40,580 bases of DNA from Nanobdellota archaeon (GTDB taxonomy: Archaea; Nanobdellota; Nanobdellia; SCGC-AAA011-G17; GW2011-AR17), in the NCBI GenBank assembly GCA_034718475.1, contig JAYEMU010000049.1:1-40580 (forward strand). Reading direction: 5' to 3'. The position numbers were made by a program, and so were the translations under genes. Every line of letters starts with the position of its first letter. The first letter of the stretch is position 1. Shown here in pieces: positions 40,033 through 40,580 of this stretch. A model generated the notes under the pieces. That model had not been told where the DNA came from. It worked only from the letters and a program-made list of their open reading frames with translations, and did not search any database.

Positions 40033-40580
40033 TTAAGATGCCAAAGTTGCAAAAGCAAACCAAATGTCATCCAAAGTTCTTGCAGGGGCATTTTGAGGGA
40101 TATGAAGCTTAAAAGTTATGTTTATATCATTGCTGCCATCAGTATAATTCAATTTTTTGCACAAGACTTTGCCTATGTCATTGCCATTTTCACCTAAATA
40201 ATTAGAGCTTGTCAAGTTTACAAAAGTATTATAAATAATATCAGCACCAGTAAAATTATAATCCTCACAAGTAACATTTACATCATTAGAAACATTAGAC
40301 CATTTCCAAGCATAGCCTGGTTCAGTGCCGCCAATCATGCTGCTGCTCCAATTCCTATTTGACAAATTCACTTCAGCATATTCATTCCCAATATTTTCAA
40401 GCAATAAGCCATGGACAATCCCCGGCGTATTAAAGCTGGCACAACCTGCAGTATCTTCAGCAGTTTCCCCTGTTGACAAGACACAAGCACTTGCACCTGA
40501 TTTAACATATCCACTGCCAAAACTAACATTATCCATTGTAAAATTAATTATTAATTGTGAAGTTATAGTAAGATTAACTG
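40033..40580 (-). CDS. Partial (5'-truncated by the window edge) secreted, sequon-rich protein; first visible gene of the surface operon
   Basis: The reading frame stays open upstream of the tracked Met ('VNLTITSQLIINFTMDNVSFGSGYV...') to the window end. There are many N-x-S/T sites ('NLSNRNWSS', 'NVSNDVNVT', 'NYTDGSNDINIT'). No family recognised. Confidence 0.5.
   Translation of the reverse strand, partial: VNLTITSQLIINFTMDNVSFGSGYVKSGASACVLSTGETAEDTAGCASFNTPGIVHGLLLENIGNEYAEVNLSNRNWSSSMIGGTEPGYAWKWSNVSNDVNVTCEDYNFTGADIIYNTFVNLTSSNYLGENGNDIGKVLCKKLNYTDGSNDINITFKLHIPQNAPARTLDDIWFAFATLAS

Overview
This is a low-GC (about 30%), tightly packed archaeal genome fragment. Many gene ends overlap, and TATA boxes sit about 25-30 nt upstream of start codons. 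Archaeal core genes are present: Rpo7/RpoE', Spt4, ribosomal proteins S24e and S27ae, archaeal-type UMP kinase and a HemK-related methylase. Bacterial-type DNA gyrase (gyrB-gyrA, with an HNH intein in gyrB) and bacterial-type mutS-mutL are also present. This mix, together with giant surface proteins, fits a DPANN-like (Woese-/Pacearchaeota-like) episymbiont, but that assignment is inference only. The window has four parts. (1) 1-3.8 kb is a small accessory islet next to tRNA-Ser(GGA), holding a HEPN/nucleotidyltransferase pair, orphan ORFs and one ORF broken by an in-frame stop. (2) 3.8-13.9 kb is housekeeping, and includes a decayed dph2 stub next to an unusual AsnB-Dph6 fusion ORF. (3) 14-16.9 kb is a second accessory islet. 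It holds a PD-(D/E)xK nuclease, a 390-bp non-coding spacer with three degenerate ~100-bp hairpin-bearing units, an orphan ORF, and an IS66-type transposase remnant split by a 218-bp MITE with an 8-bp target-site duplication. (4) 28.3-40.6 kb is an eight-gene single-strand operon that runs off the window edge. It joins secreted beta-sandwich proteins and two cadherin-repeat surface proteins (655 aa and 1729 aa) to a MoxR ATPase-DUF58-VWA module. I consider this operon the best candidate for an undescribed system, possibly a cell-surface or host-attachment apparatus. No CRISPR array or rRNA gene was seen.
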